Shown: positions 40,909 to 56,302 of the stretch, piece by piece | Layout of the letters: each line of letters opens with the position of its first letter | Numbering within the stretch: position 1 is the stretch's first letter | Origin: Hormiphora californensis | Lineage: Eukaryota > Animalia > Ctenophora | DNA length: 64,000 nucleotides | NCBI GenBank assembly: GCA_020137815.1 | Contig: CM035356.1 | Span: 7,812,001-7,876,000 of the forward strand | Direction: 5' to 3' | Translations under genes and position numbers: made by a program | The notes under the pieces: generated by a model | Seen by the model: the letters and a program-made list of their open reading frames with translations, nothing else | Database searches by the model: none | What the model was told of the DNA's origin: nothing

Positions 40909-43066
40909 CTAATCATCATCATCGTCATCATCTTCCATCTCAGCTTCCTCTGCCTCTCGGTCTAGTTGTTCCTGTTGTACTGCCTGGAGGGCTCGTTCTT
41001 CATCAACCGTGGGGTCGGGAACTTCCGTTACCTGGTGGGGTAATATACGGTGAGGTATATACGGTGGGGTAATATATACGGTGAGATTCGGTGACTTCCT
41101 AGATTAATCATTCAACCCAAATTGGGAATCGCCATTTTCATGGAATGGGGTACGATTAAACACAGTATTCTCTAATTACAAATTAAGGTTTTTAAGGTAT
41201 ATTCTCTAATTACCTCAACTCCGCTGGGGTATTCTTCCTGTGTGGCGGGAGGTGCAGGTGGGCTGTAACTCTCAGCTGTGTACTTGTGGCCCCAACCTGG
41301 AAGGTGAAAAATGTGTTAGAAACTGGGGGAAATACGATTGTTTGCGGAGTAAAACTAATATTTCTGATTTGTCAGATTTTTACCAGTCTGACAGAGCTGA
41401 AAACCCAGCTGCACTTACCGATATACAGGTTCTCGAACTTCTTCTCTAGACCGAAGGTAAAGGCACCTGGCCACAGGTTAGACCTGAGGATGGCGGCAGC
41501 ATACTGGGGTACAAGAGTTGATGTGAGGGAGGCGGACCAGGCAGGCATACTGTCCACATCACTATCCTCTGAAATGGGGGTGAGAAGGGCAGGTCCGTGC
41601 TCCGGCTGGGGCTCATCCGGCTCTTCCCTCTCCTCCTCTTCCTCCTCCTGTGTGGGGATATCATGGGTAATAACACTAATACAAGATATTTTAATTTCCC
41701 CACCAATCCCGATAGTTTTATCCAAAAATGGTACAACCCCCCCCCCCCCCCCCAATATCAAACTCACATCATCGAAATCCTCGGTTTCGGTTTTCACGGC
41801 GGGGTTCACCCACACACACCGACCCTGGGGCAGGATGTGTTGGACGTGGTGGACCCAGTTGGACAAGGCAGGGTCAACTAGCTCCGTGTTTCGGAGGTGT
41901 TCAAACTCGACATTCTCTACAAAAGAATCCCTTCCCTCTCCCTCAGAATCGTCCTCATCATCCTCCTCAAATCTGGGGAAGAATTTGGCGTTAGGTGTGG
42001 GGGTTACCATGGTTACCATGAAATTGTTTAGGGAGAAATATTTGGGAAAACAATAGAGCTAAGGTCTTACTTGAAGTAATCGATGGGGCTGATGTGGGTT
42101 CCAGCACTGATTCTGGCAATCTGAGCCCTTAGGTAGTTGATTTCAGTTCCGGGGAAGGGAGGGTAGCTCACAACGGGGGCATTCAGGTCACCGGTGAAGA
42201 ACTTCTTGATCTGTCGGGCACATACCATCTGTGCAGGAGTGACAGGGGGTAGTTTCACCCACTCGGACCCAGGCTCATTGCACACGAAGTAGGTCTTCTT
42301 GTTGCACCCAGTACCATTTTCCTCCTTGGGAATGACAGGGGGAGGTTTGTAGTCAGGTTTGGGCACCATATCCTCATCTCCTTCTTTAGCCTCATCAGCC
42401 TCTTCTTCCTTCGCCTCTTCCTCCTCCTCTCCCTCTTCCCCCTCCTCTTCTCCACCCTCCCTATACTCCACCTCCGCCACGATGTAGCTCTTGGCCGTTC
42501 CCATGATCTTACCCCAGAAGCGAACATTCTGTAGGGTGTGCGTGTCAACCAGGTTCTTCAAGGCCAGGAATATTCGGAATGTCTCCTCCCGTCCAAGACC
42601 CACTCCGGCCTGCTCGAAATACTGGGTTATGTCCATGAGATCAGGAAGGGGCATTTCCACCTCGTCCTCTGGCTCGGGTTCAGCATCCTCAGTGGGCTTA
42701 TCAAACAGCTTGTTTTGAAGGTTAGCTAGCTCCACTTCCAGGGACTTGGCCGACACGTCCTGTAACTTGATGGGTCAGGTTTAGAATACGTGGAAAAGTT
42801 AATTCAATATTCCCACACAAAACACATGACAGAAAAACTTGACAGATATTGTGACAACTTACAGATGAGGGGTCGGTCGAGGGAGCAAATTTTCCTGTCT
42901 TAATATCCTTGGAGATCAGTTCCAGGATATCAACAGAGTTAGCCTGTCTGTTTTCCAGGATCCTGTGCATCATAGAGCACAGGTGGTCATACAGGTTGGA
43001 TTTGCTGTCTGGCGACTCCTGGAGCAGGAAAGCCTTGGCATTCTGGATCATCGTCTCAGACGCCAT
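40909..43066 (-). CDS. RSPH4A: Radial spoke head protein 4/6 homolog, copy A; exons 42863-43066, 42071-42759, 41768-41972, 41419-41647, 41214-41296, 40909-41031
   Basis: [94 protein letters not shown]. Confidence 0.92.
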
Positions 43067-43836
43067 TCTCACACACTACTGTTGTCCTGTCACCTCACCT
43101 AGCTATATGGTGGTGTGGTGAGTTAGATTTTGTGACTGTTAAAGATGTTAAATTAAGGGTTAGGTGTATATCAGTGGGTGCTAAAGGTAGGGCTGGAAAT
43201 GTGTTATACTGAAAAGGGCAGTATGGACCCGGCGATTCTAGGATAATTTTCTCGCTGGGAGAGAGAGAGAGAATATGGGTGATAATTTAAACGATAGGGA
43301 AAGGAATGTGCACCGTTTGATAAAACGGGACAAAATATGCGGAATTGGATTAGAGTGCAAGATAGAGTTGAGGAGCTTAACATGGTAAATGTGACAAGCT
43401 TCCTCGTTTTTTATCTGTCCAAACACAATTACCATGCTTAACATTCCATCTACTGAAGCCATTGCTAAACAGGGAAATGTTGGGGTTAGAGAAAGGTGAA
43501 ACTGTGAGTGAAAACAAGAGGAACACTTCTTTCACTGCCAATTTTTGTTTGCAACGGAAAGGGGGCTCTCGCTATCCCTCTTGTAATATTTGATACTTTG
43601 AGTGAGAAGTGCATAAAAACTAGTATGAGAGAAAAGTGTGTGTGTGTATTTTGACCTGATGGACTTAAACCTGTATCCGGCTACCGGTTCAAGCACTGCA
43701 AATGGATGGAAACACCTACTCAGCAATCAACCCTCGCAGCAAAAACAGATAAACCTGTCGTTTTTATTGTCAGTTACTGTCCCTGTGATTGTTCTAGATT
43801 ATATTATAGGTATGTCGCGAGTTAGTAAGCTATTCT

Positions 43837-44043
43837 CAGTCAGTCAGTCAGTCAGTCAGTCAGTCAGTCAGTCAGTCAGTCAGTCAGTCAGTCAGTCAGT
43901 CAGTCAGTCAGTCAGTCAGTCAGTCAGTCAGTCAGTCAGTCAGTCAGTCAGTCAGACAGTCAGACAGTCAGTCAGGCAGTCAGTCAGTCAGTCTATCACT
44001 CAGTCAATCACTCAGTCAATCACTCAGTCAATCACTCAGTCAC
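43837..44043. repeat. (AGTC)n microsatellite grading into a 12-bp repeat
   Basis: Direct reading. Confidence 0.95.
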
Positions 44044-44984
44044 GCAGTGTATTATGTATTTGATCTCTTCATTTCTTTTTCTTCTGTATAGTGTCATTAG
44101 GCACTTAGTTTTTCATCCCCATAGTACTCATTCCTAGTTAGCTTCCCCGTTTCACCCCGGCTACATCGTTCTTTTTATCAGTTCTGGGAGGTGTGTGCTT
44201 CTATATGCTTCCCCTCGCCACGGCCACTATTTTTATTGTTTTATTTCTAGGCTGGACCTCTCCTCAGTTCCCTCTGCCTCAGTCCCTACTTTCATAGCAG
44301 GCGCCAGGCATGTTTCGTACCTTCCGCTTCAATCATGGATCGGGTCATTGGTTGCTTATTCCTCATCTCTCCTTCCCGCCATTATTCCTTTCCGGTGTTC
44401 GCCCCCTAGTGCCTGCTATACTGCAAGTTGGCACGTGACCTTCGGTGTTTATTTGTAGAGAGAGTTTTGTTTATAAACATTTATGGGTCAGTGTGGGAAA
44501 GGGAGGTGCCTTTTTCATAGAGTAGGTAGTCGAGGGGTCTCGTTATAGATAGGATTGCATATTACAGTTATCACTGACCCCGCTTACAATATTTTTTCAG
44601 GCAATCATATTCTATCATTATGATAGTATCATATTTCAGGTGTCTACCACATCTCAGTAATACCTTTCTGTACATACGCAGGGCACAACTCCCGAGTGGA
44701 GAACCATTCATTGCACCCCCACCCCCATTCTCATTTTTAGGTACGACAGCAGAAAATCACAAATCATGATTCAACTTTCAGGACACCCTTATTCTAATCC
44801 CCCGGTTCTCTGGCTCTTCCTTGCTCTTAGGTCTCTGCTCTCTACTTTATCTCTCCCTTTCTCTCTGTTAGAATTTCGGGTATGCCTCTTCTCTCGCAGT
44901 TTCCCCGTGGCAGTCTTCTTTAGTCGTTGTTTTGGTTGTCTCTATTTGTTTTTTTTCCCTTTTCTTCTTTTCTTTAGGTCTGTT

Positions 44985-46340
<1,356 letters not shown>

Positions 46341-47364
46341 TAACTTTATATCTTTACCCTTGAGCTTAACCATTTTTCACGAACACTATCAAATCGCACG
46401 ATCAGCACACGGCTATCACTCCCGTCTCACACACGAACATATACATGCTTGCTCACGAACATTTGACCCCGCTTCCACACCCTGCTTTTCAACTAGTCTC
46501 TAGGGTGTCGTCACATGCTACGCCAAGAAGTCTAGTTGACTACATACTGCAAGCTTTACTGTCAGTGATTGGGCAACAGAATTGCATAGAGCACCCGAGA
46601 TTGGGTGTTCGCAGTATACGGTTAATACCGGTTTCAACTGGATGGCTGCAGAGATGATATCCGTCAAACTCCACCTCACATGTATGTTGTATAGACGCTG
46701 TCAGACTTAGCCCGCCTGACCTGCCTTCGTGATTGAAGCAAATAGGGTCAGGCAATTGCCTGACAGGGTTCACATGATGAGGTAGGGGGGTGACAGATAT
46801 AGGAACGATGAAGACGCAAAAAAAAAAAAAAAAAAAAAAACAAGAGGAAAGTTCTTGCAGAAAGAAAAAAACATAATCAGATAATAATGAAGGTCTGATA
46901 ATATACTACCCTACAAATATTTACAAAGTTATGCATATATTTATACATTATATAAACAGTTTAATGCACAATATGAATAAACAAATGATAATCGTTATAC
47001 GCGAATGTGTCAAAACCATTTAGGTGTCAGTACTATACCTATCTCTCTGTTAATAGCTATCCTAGTAAGCCAATAATTGAGTATTTTATGTCAATCAAAA
47101 AACAAAATGTGCAGTACTGAAGCAATAGTCCACAGCTATCGTGTAACTGGCCTCATCTCTCTCTTCCTCTCAAGTGATGGTAACCGTTCCCATAACAACA
47201 CAGTCAATGAAGGCGCGCTGCGCAAACGATGCACTTTCAACTGCTCCCCGTTTGCGCGCGTTCCAGTTTTCTCTGAAATATTGTCCAACATGCATTGCCC
47301 CATCTTTGTGTCACTCGACGTCACGTCACTATTATAATGTTCGATGATATCTTTTCCTATCTTC

Positions 47365-49205
47365 TTAATCTTCGTCATCTTCGTCGTCTTCCATTTCTGC
47401 TTCCTCTGCTTCTCGCTCAAGCTGCTCTTGTTGCATTGCCTCCAGGGCCTTTTCCTCCTCAACCGTCGGATCAGGAATCTCGGTGGTCTGAAATTGGAGG
47501 AAATAGTCAAAGTTGGGAAACTAGAAACATGTAACAATTTTTCAGCGTTTTATTTCCCCTTGAATCCAATAATTCTCACCTCAAGGTCAGCGAAGTACTC
47601 CTGCATCACGGGAGGCGGTGGCACGGGACTGTAATTCTCCGAGCTGTATTTCTGACCCCAGCCAATGTATACATTTTCAACCTTTTTATCAATCCCATAC
47701 GCATATGCCCCGGGCCAAGCGTTTGATCGTATGAAAGCAATGGAATACTGTGGAACTAGATCAGAGCTCCGACAGGCGGACCACGCCGGGAACCCATCTA
47801 CATTTGCATCTTGTGAAATGGGGTTGAGAAGGGGCGGACCCTCCTCTTCCTGAATTTCATCTAACCCTTCCTCCTCCTCTTCCTCCTCTTCCTGTCAAAA
47901 AGGAATAAGATTTCTAAATGACATCCAAAGAGTTTATGATAAGATGAGCAGATTGCAGAATTGTAGTTTTTGACTAAAAAACATTCACAAAATCAGCACA
48001 GTTTGTCTTACATCTTCGAAATCCTCTGCCTCTCCCTTTACTGCGGGGTTGACCCATTTGCACCTGCCCTGGGGCAGGATGTGTAGGACGTGGTGTACCC
48101 AGTTTCTCAACTCAGGATCCACCAGCTCTTCAATTGAAAGGGGCTCATATTCTGGGTTTAGAACACACTCGTCCCTACCCTCAGCCATACTGTCGTCCTC
48201 ATCCCCATCTTCAAACCTAGGATAGAGGTGGGGTTAGACATCTTCAAACCTAGGGATTAGTTGGGGTTAGGCATCTTGTACGCATGGTGAAAATAATGGG
48301 GGGATACTCCTAGATCTAACTTCTTCTTACTTTCGGTAATCGATGGGGCAGATATGGGTTCCAGCACTGATTCTGGCAATCTGAGCCCTCAGGTAGTTTA
48401 TTTCAGTTCCGGGGAAGGGAGGGTAGCTCACAACGGGGGCATTGAGGTCACCGGTGAAGAACTTCTTGATCTTTCGAGCACAAGTTATCTCCGCTGGATC
48501 AACTGGTGGTAGTTTCACCCACTCTGAACCAGGCTCATTGCACACAAAATATACTCTCTTGTTACATCCAGTACTCTCCTCCTTTGGAACTTTTGGGGGT
48601 TGTTTCCAGTCAGGTTTTGGTACCGCATCCTCCTCTTCCTCCTTCTCCTCCTCTTCTTCTTCCTCTTGCTGGTTTGCCTCCGCCTCCTCTTCCTCCTGCT
48701 CCTCTTCCTCACCATCTTTAAACTCTACCTCCGCCACGATGTAGCTCTTTTTCGTTCCCATAATCTTACCCCAGAACCGCACATCCTGTAGGTTGTGTGT
48801 GCTGACCAGGATCTTCAACGCTAGGTTAATCCGGAACGTTTCCACCCGTCCCAGACCGATACCAGCATACTCAAAGTGATGTGCAATTTCCATAAGATCA
48901 GGAAGGGGCATATCTACATCATCGTCATCTCGCTCCGGTTCTACCTCCTCCGATCGCTCAAACAACTGTGCCTGTGTCTGGGCCACTTTCACCTCCTCCT
49001 CTCCCAACTCTCGGTCCACTGGCTCTGCTGACCGTACTGACTTGGATATGTCCTCAAAAGTATCGATAGGATTGGGAGATCTGTTTTCCAGGACGGAGTG
49101 AAGCACCTTGCAGAGGTGATCGTATATGCTACCCCCGGCCACTCCTGCAGCGGGTTCTGTTTTCAGGAAGGCTTTGGCATCATCTATCATAGCCTGGGAA
49201 GGCAT
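47365..49205 (-). CDS. RSPH4A: Radial spoke head protein 4/6 homolog, copy B; exons 48331-49205, 48012-48216, 47580-47891, 47365-47487
   Basis: Same motif set as copy A. Orthology to RSPH4A versus RSPH6A cannot be resolved by eye. Confidence 0.92.
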
Positions 49206-49526
49206 GGCTCCTGTTCCTACTATGCTACTAGAGAGAGATAGGGATGTTTAAGTTTGTTAAGTTGTTTCTTAGCATCGATACAGAGAGGGGAAGGGAAAGA
49301 TTTGATACACCGGAAGTTTTTTAAAACATCAGTAACCATTTACAAGCTTTGTACACAATCATACGGCAGAGTCATCAAACTTTCTCAAATCACAACACAC
49401 TGATTTTCTGAACTCTTCTTCCCACTCAAATTTCACTCATATCATTCCCCTATATCATCCCCCTAGATATTATCTCACTCTTCACATATATCTCTTAATG
49501 ATCATTACCCTCCTTCTTCTCCTCCC

Positions 49527-50260
49527 TCAGCTCTCCTCTAGAAGCATGAGGGGTGCAAAGTCCCGGAAATAAACAACCTGTTTATCTTGATCAACGGCAG
49601 CTGATAGCATTTCCTCCATTTCCTCGCTGGTAAAGGATTCACCCTCGGTAGTTAGGTACTTCTGGAGTTCGTCAGGAGTAAGGTAGCCCTTGCCATCCTT
49701 GTCGAGCACCTCAAAAGCTTTGATTATCCTAAAAAGGAGGTGATTGTTAAACGATTTAGTCAGAACTCAGAGAGAAAGAAATGAAGAAAGAGGAAGATAG
49801 AGAGGGAGGAGGACTGAGGGAGAAAGAGAGATTTATCTTTTTGTTCCTACCTGTCCTCAGGCTCAGGTCGATATCGGCTCTTGTCCATTAGGACTCGCGT
49901 CATCATGGGTTCAAACCGTTCATAGCGAACGTAACCAGTCGGTTCATCTTCTTCAACCTCCGCTATCATGTCATTGAGTTCTCCCTCGGTAGGGAAACAG
50001 CCCAGAGATCTGGAGGGAGTTGGTTTATATATGGTGGTTGGTTTAGAAATGGAAGAGGGGCGAGAATATCGATTTATTGTGGAAGATAGAACAAAAATAA
50101 TAGTTGTCACCGGGGACTCTCACCTTATGATAGTGCCGACCTCCCTCATATCAACTGTATCGTTGTTTTCATGATCAAAAATCCTAAACGCATCCATGAC
50201 CAACTTCTGCATTTCTAGCTGAGCCGGATCTTCGACCTTTTCTCCCCCATTACTGCCCAT
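49527..50260 (-). CDS. EFCAB2: EF-hand calcium-binding domain protein 2 / dynein regulatory complex subunit 8, 3 exons
   Basis: DAFRIFDHENNDTVDMREVGTIIRSLGCFPTEGELNDMIAEVEEDEPTGYVRYERF...KAFEVLDKDGKGYLT...EEMEEMLSAAVD. Confidence 0.92.
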
Positions 50261-50585
50261 AATGGCTACTAGGGTTAATAATAATAATTATAGACGAATG
50301 GCGAAATCAAAATAGTAGTTACATACAGATGTAAAAACTATATCCAGAGGTCGCTGGGGATTAAGGAAATAAAGCAAAGGGGATAGAGTAATTTTCTAAA
50401 GCATAGTAACCACGCAATTCCCCGCACACCATGGTGCATGAAGTGCGGTTATAAATTCAAATATTTCACATATAACAGCTCAACATATCTCTGTACGTAA
50501 CCAGCACGTAACAACTATAACATATGACGTCAATTTATGACGTCACTTTGGATTAACTATCCCCTTTTTCTCTTTTTGTGTCTTT

Positions 50586-52116
50586 TCATCTCTCAGGTTC
50601 TTCTTCGCCCGCCACTTGATTAATTTTTTGGAAATGTTGCGAGTTCTTGAATTCCGAAAAGAGTGTAAACAGGAGATGGAGCGAGTGTATTCGGTTTCTG
50701 TTGGGAAAGGGAAGTGATGCAATATAATCATAAATTAGTGAATAACACCCTTGCTAATTCGAATAAAATGATAAAGAGCTAAGTTCTAACTTACTGATAA
50801 ATCGGAATATCTAGAATACTACAGATAATATCAACATATTCCCCTAGTTCGCAGTCCATTTCCGCTGAGGGTAACTTGATTCGCGATAAAAGATCTTCCA
50901 TCTCTGTTGGCCATTCCTAGGGAATCATTATTAGTGAATTAATTAATCAATTACTAAAACTAGTTTTTATTAAAACTTGTTTTTATTGGTTATTTATTGG
51001 ATGATTCAACTATTTTTAGAACACGTTTTAAATCGAACCTGCATAAGAATGTCGATGTCGGGCATGTTTTTTGAGTAGTGAACGGCTGGGGGAGGTTTCT
51101 GGCGATGCAATTCGGAGATGTTCTTAATCCACGATTCAATGGCTTTAGGATTCTTTTCAGCGTTTTCTATACTGGAAACCTGGTTAAAGTATCAGTTACA
51201 TGCTTGAAGGTTTTGTTAATTGGTCAATTATTACATGCACCTCTCTCGTGCAATATACTGTAACACAGTGAAATTCAGATGTATGTAATACCTGCATTGC
51301 TCGAGCGGTGCTTTGCTTTGTTATGGCCCTTATTTGGAGATCCAGGACGGTCGGGTCGCTCTGTTTCGCACACGGCTCATCGATACACGCCAGACCAAGT
51401 TTATTGACTTGCCCATCTGGTCGGGGTACCGTGATGAAGGCGTCAATATCGCCCACAGCAGGGATGAAGTCGGGGATGAACGGCTTCAGCTTGTGATCTA
51501 ATTCAACCTGTATGGTTAGAGTTATTAATTGAATTGATTTTACCTACTTCAAGAACAAAAGGCGTAGTGTTATAGCAGGAGCTACCACTTTGGTTTCAGT
51601 CTGTTATTTACCTGTTGAGGCGTGTATCGTGTGATGTATTGGAACAGGTCCTTGATATCGTGAGAGACGTTGAGGTTCTCAAAATCAACTGGATTATACC
51701 CTCCCTCAAACACCCCACCCTGCTCACCATCCTCCTCTTCCTCTTCTGTACTCTCTTCATCATCATCCAACATTCCACCCATTATCTTTTTCTGGGCGGC
51801 AGGAACCACTGGATCTGGTTTTTGAGCATGTGCATACCTGTACGGGTGACTGGTGAGATTGAGTCACTTTGAACTTAAAATAATCATCGGATTAATTAGA
51901 ATTTGTGAATGAGGTGAACTCGTACCCCGTCTGAATATCATCATCATCTTCGTCATCTTCCTCTTCATCTTCTTCTTCGTCAGAACAATGTGAGAGGTCC
52001 TGTCGCATTGGTCTTGCTCTAGGGGTCACAGACAGGGCCGTTGGAACATCTTCAGCATCGCTAACATCAACACTCTCATCATATGGTAGGTTGCTTACTG
52101 GCCGATCTTCATCCAT
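50586..52116 (-). CDS. IFT46: Intraflagellar transport protein 46, 6 exons
   Basis: NLPYDES, GGYNPVDFENLNV, LFQYITRYTPQ, LKPFIPDFIPAVGDIDAF, QSDPTVLDLQ, MPDIDILMQEWP, SLHLLFTLFSEFKNSQHF. Confidence 0.95.
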
Positions 52117-53024
52117 CACTTGAGAGACATTGATTGACGTATTATAAGGGCGCAATCATTGCTGTAATTACAATCAAAGTTGTTTGTAAACAAAAAATTT
52201 GAAAAATCAAAACATTTTCGCAAAACTGAAAAAATCTCAAATTCCAAAACATGAACATTTGTGTGCGCGCGGCGCTAAATTAAGTGCAAGCCGCGCATTA
52301 TTGAATTTACTTCGCGCGTTACGTTTTGACCATCGCTTTTATCATTATTTGTTCCTCGATACAAAATAAAATTTGTCTCTTGGTTTCACTTTTCAATTTT
52401 TTTGCCTTTTTTGAAATTGAAAATTCGTTTTTTTCTTCCAAAAAGTGAAAATCTGTTCCTTTTTCTGCTTGTTCTACTTGAATAAACCCTGAAACTACAT
52501 GAATTATTATATGTACTCAACTGTCGTGGTTTGATATCGTCTCACAAGCAACTGAAAGGTTGAGCCCCGTCCGACCTCCTACCGCAGGTCGCCGGAGTCC
52601 TGCAGCTTGCGACCTGCCTCCTTGAGCCTCAGCTGTAACGAAGCTGCAGTGGGCCTATGCGGTTAAAACCGTTTCGCTAACCAAGACCAATGCCCTACCA
52701 ATCACACCCCTACCGGAATTTTACGTCTGGGAAGCAATTCATTTACTTTATCCCCTAAAGTGCGATTTTTAATAATGCGAACCGCTGACGCGCATTAATA
52801 ATAACATAATTCCATTTGCGCGTGCTAAATCCGGTTCCTGATAAGATAGAGACTTGTCATTGGTCGCATTGGAAAGATAAAATTTTTCTCTTTCCAACGC
52901 AACCAAGATGAAGTCTTTATCTTATCAGGATCCAGAGATATGATCGAAACAACCGACAAAAAACTTTCCCACGGGGCGTGGGAATTTTTTGCGGTTCGCT
53001 TTATTAAAAATCGGACTTTACAGA

Positions 53025-56000
53025 ATGTCGAGATGGATGTTAGTGTTGTTATTGCTACTAGTTGAAACTGTGTTCGGAGATATACAGCCTGGGGAGACCT
53101 TTCAGGCGCACAGTGTACTACCAGAATGGTTCCTCTCTCTTATTCAGAATCTGTTCACATATGGGCTGGTGATTGTACCGGGTGCACTTGCTATTCGATG
53201 GATCAAACAGACTAACTACATCGAGAAAATTAGTAAGTTTTACTGTTAATAAAATGTTCATTTACATAAAATATACTCACTGGTCACTTTGCTAAACTTT
53301 CTCAATTCAGATCCCGGTGGCCCAATGTACAAGATAATCCTGACATGTGTCTATGGAAAGAAGGATATTGTGGCAGATGATATTCTTGAGAAAGGAGAGG
53401 GTGCTGTAACACCAGAGACAAAGTCAGACCCTCAGTCACCAGTCAATAAATTGCTTCTGTGTGTCATTGGTAAGAATTGGACGGTGTTTTGGAATATAGA
53501 AATAGTTTATATCTTTGGCGTTCTTGTTCTTCTTTCTGTCCCTCTCTACCCCGTTCTCTTGATTTGCCTTGCTCGACCCTGTTTCAAATGTAAAGGAGGG
53601 TTAGAACATAACAACTCTTGATGATCCACTCTTTATTCAGGTCTGCAGTGCAGTTACCTGATGTGGGGATATCTCCAGGAGAAGATAATGATCACCAAAT
53701 ATGGAGATATGCAATTCAAGGACTCCCAATTTCTGGTCTTTATGAACCGTATCCTGGCTCTGGCAATGGTATCTGGATATGTGACTTTGTTTAAACAACC
53801 ACCTCACAAGACACCACTTTACAAGTATGTTTCTCCTCAATTTTGACTAGTGAAAACCGGTACCAGTTTTTAGAGAAATGCTTTTTATAAATTTTATTAA
53901 TTTTATTAATTTTTTCCCTGCCCGGGTGGATGCCCGAAGGGCATCCACCCGGATGATCGTTTTAGCACGTGTGCTAAAAAGATCATAAAGGGTTTAGAAA
54001 TCTCGGATTTGAAATAGTAACTCGAGCGTGGTCAAAATCGCGTGTGTCACGGTAGCAGCCTGACAACCGCGATGCTGACAATTTTGAAAAGTTCGTCTGC
54101 AAAGTTATTACAGTACGGATTTCGGTGGCGCGCGCTCAGAATTTGCTGCGCGCGCACACTCTCAATGCAGCGTATGTATACACACCTCGCGCGTTACAGC
54201 ATAGCCGTAGCGCTCGAATGGATTTAACTTCTTGGTAAATCTGATTGAAACTAAAAGGCGTTGAAAGCTCAGCTCGTTAGTATGGTGACTGAGGGAACGT
54301 GAGAAGTTTCCCATGCATAGCTTGGTGTCACATAACATTGTAATTAGGCGTTGGCGGACGACGATCAGATCACATTGCACGGTATCGTCTGGTGTGACTG
54401 TGAGCGGCGCTTACCAGATCTCATCGTTTATCAGTGATCGGTTCGAGTGTTCGTTGGCAGGGAAACACAGCATTATGAAACATAATGCAATAATAATTCT
54501 TGTTATTACTTTAAAACATTTCAGGTACTCCTTCTCTTCATTCTCCAACATTATGAGCAGTTGGTGTCAGTATGAAGCTCTCAAATACGTGTCATTCCCT
54601 ACTCAGGTACAATTTTCAAAAGTATATCTTTCTTTTATGATAGGATATTACAAACGATACCCGTGGTTATTACAAATGTGTGTTTAATTTCTGTTTTATG
54701 ATACATACATGTAGAAATGTTAAACCTCAAGATACAGCTAGTATAGTAAAAAGTATAGTACAGCGAGTATAGTAAACTTTGATAATGGCCTTTCCCTATT
54801 ATCTCTCTCTGTCTCCCTCTCTCTCCCTTCTTTTGTCGCAATAGTGAACACTGAACAAACATCTGGTGTCACACGTTTCTCACACCCACTAAATTATATC
54901 ACTCTTGTTCATGGAGGTCTGTAGATATTACAAACTCATTACCACCCAGTTCACCCCTCCTCCTCCTTCACCGGTCACCCTCAACCATGATGTACCTGCA
55001 TTTCGTACCTCCCTATTTACAATCACTCCCACCAACCCAACAACCCTACTTTTCTTACCCCACTAAGTTAGTGGCACTACCCCTGCACCCCACAGGTGAT
55101 ATGTAAAGCCAGTAAAACAATGGCTGTCATTATTATGGGCAAAGCTGTCTCCGGCAAGAAGTTCCCTGCGTATGAGTATGTGTGTGCGGCCCTCATCTTT
55201 GTGGGTGTGAGTGTCTTCCTGCTGTGGAACCCTCAGGAGACGGAGAAGAATTATACCACCGAGACAACGGTATTTGCATTTACAATTTGATCTTATCCAA
55301 GAATAACTAATTAATAAGTTGTAATTGTGTTCTTATCAATGATAATAAGAAAGTAAAGCAACTTGGTTTTGTTAATCCTAACCCCCCCTTCAGTTTTCTG
55401 GGTTGATAATTCTGTTGGGTTACATCGTGTTTGATAGTTTCACATCTAATTGGCAGGGAGAATTGTACTCAACATACAGCATGTCATCCTATCAGGTGAG
55501 CCGCCGAAACATGCCTCATATGACAGCTCCCACACCCGGGACGCGTCCTTACCCCCTACCAGGTTGGTGAGTACCCCTAAATGAGAGATGCTGCTCTCGA
55601 GTCTCGGGAGATCCAATGCTTTCCAAAATTAAATCCCCATTAAATCATGTGATAGGAAGAGGGACAAAGTAGGAACGTCTAATCTATCATCCCCCCTCTA
55701 TCATGACCTCTCCGGTTTATAACTAAAGCTACCAAGTAGCTGTACCAAAATTTAGCTTCTTATTGCCCCACACGGTATTGTCAACCTGTAACCGGTCCTC
55801 TAAATTCAGTGTATGTTAGGAACAAATATCTTCTCCTCTCTGTTCACTGGAGTCAGCTTGTTAATGGAGGGGTTGTTATTCTCCAACCTCCTTCTCTGTT
55901 TGAACACCCCTGCCCTGGCATATGACGTCATCAGCATGTCAATCTTCTCAATGACTGGTTAGTGTTTGGTAACCAGGGTCACCAGGGGTAGCTAGTGTTT

Positions 56001-56302
56001 GGTAACTAGGGGTCACCAGGGGTAGTTAGTGTTTGGTAACCAGGGGTAACCACTAACCAATATGTTGTAACTAGGGGTGTAACCACCTCCCCCCTCCAGG
56101 TCAGTTCTTCATTTTCTACTGTATCGAGACATTTGGACCGGTAGTGTTTACCATTATCATGGCATGTCGCCAAGTTCTCAGTATCGTGGTATCTTGCTTC
56201 ATGTTTGGACATCCCCTCACCGCTCAGTCCTTCCTCGGAGCTATCATCGTCTTCATTGCAATCTTCCTGAGAATATACGCCAAACAACGGAGTCGCAAGT
56301 AA
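53025..56302 (+). CDS. SLC35B2: PAPS transporter 1, ~8 exons
   Basis: [93 protein letters not shown]. Confidence 0.93.

Noticed and set aside
52553-52740. RNase MRP RNA (minus-strand GACGGGGCTCA resembles CR-V)
   Set aside because: No matching GAAAGTCCCC-like CR-I partner found upstream.
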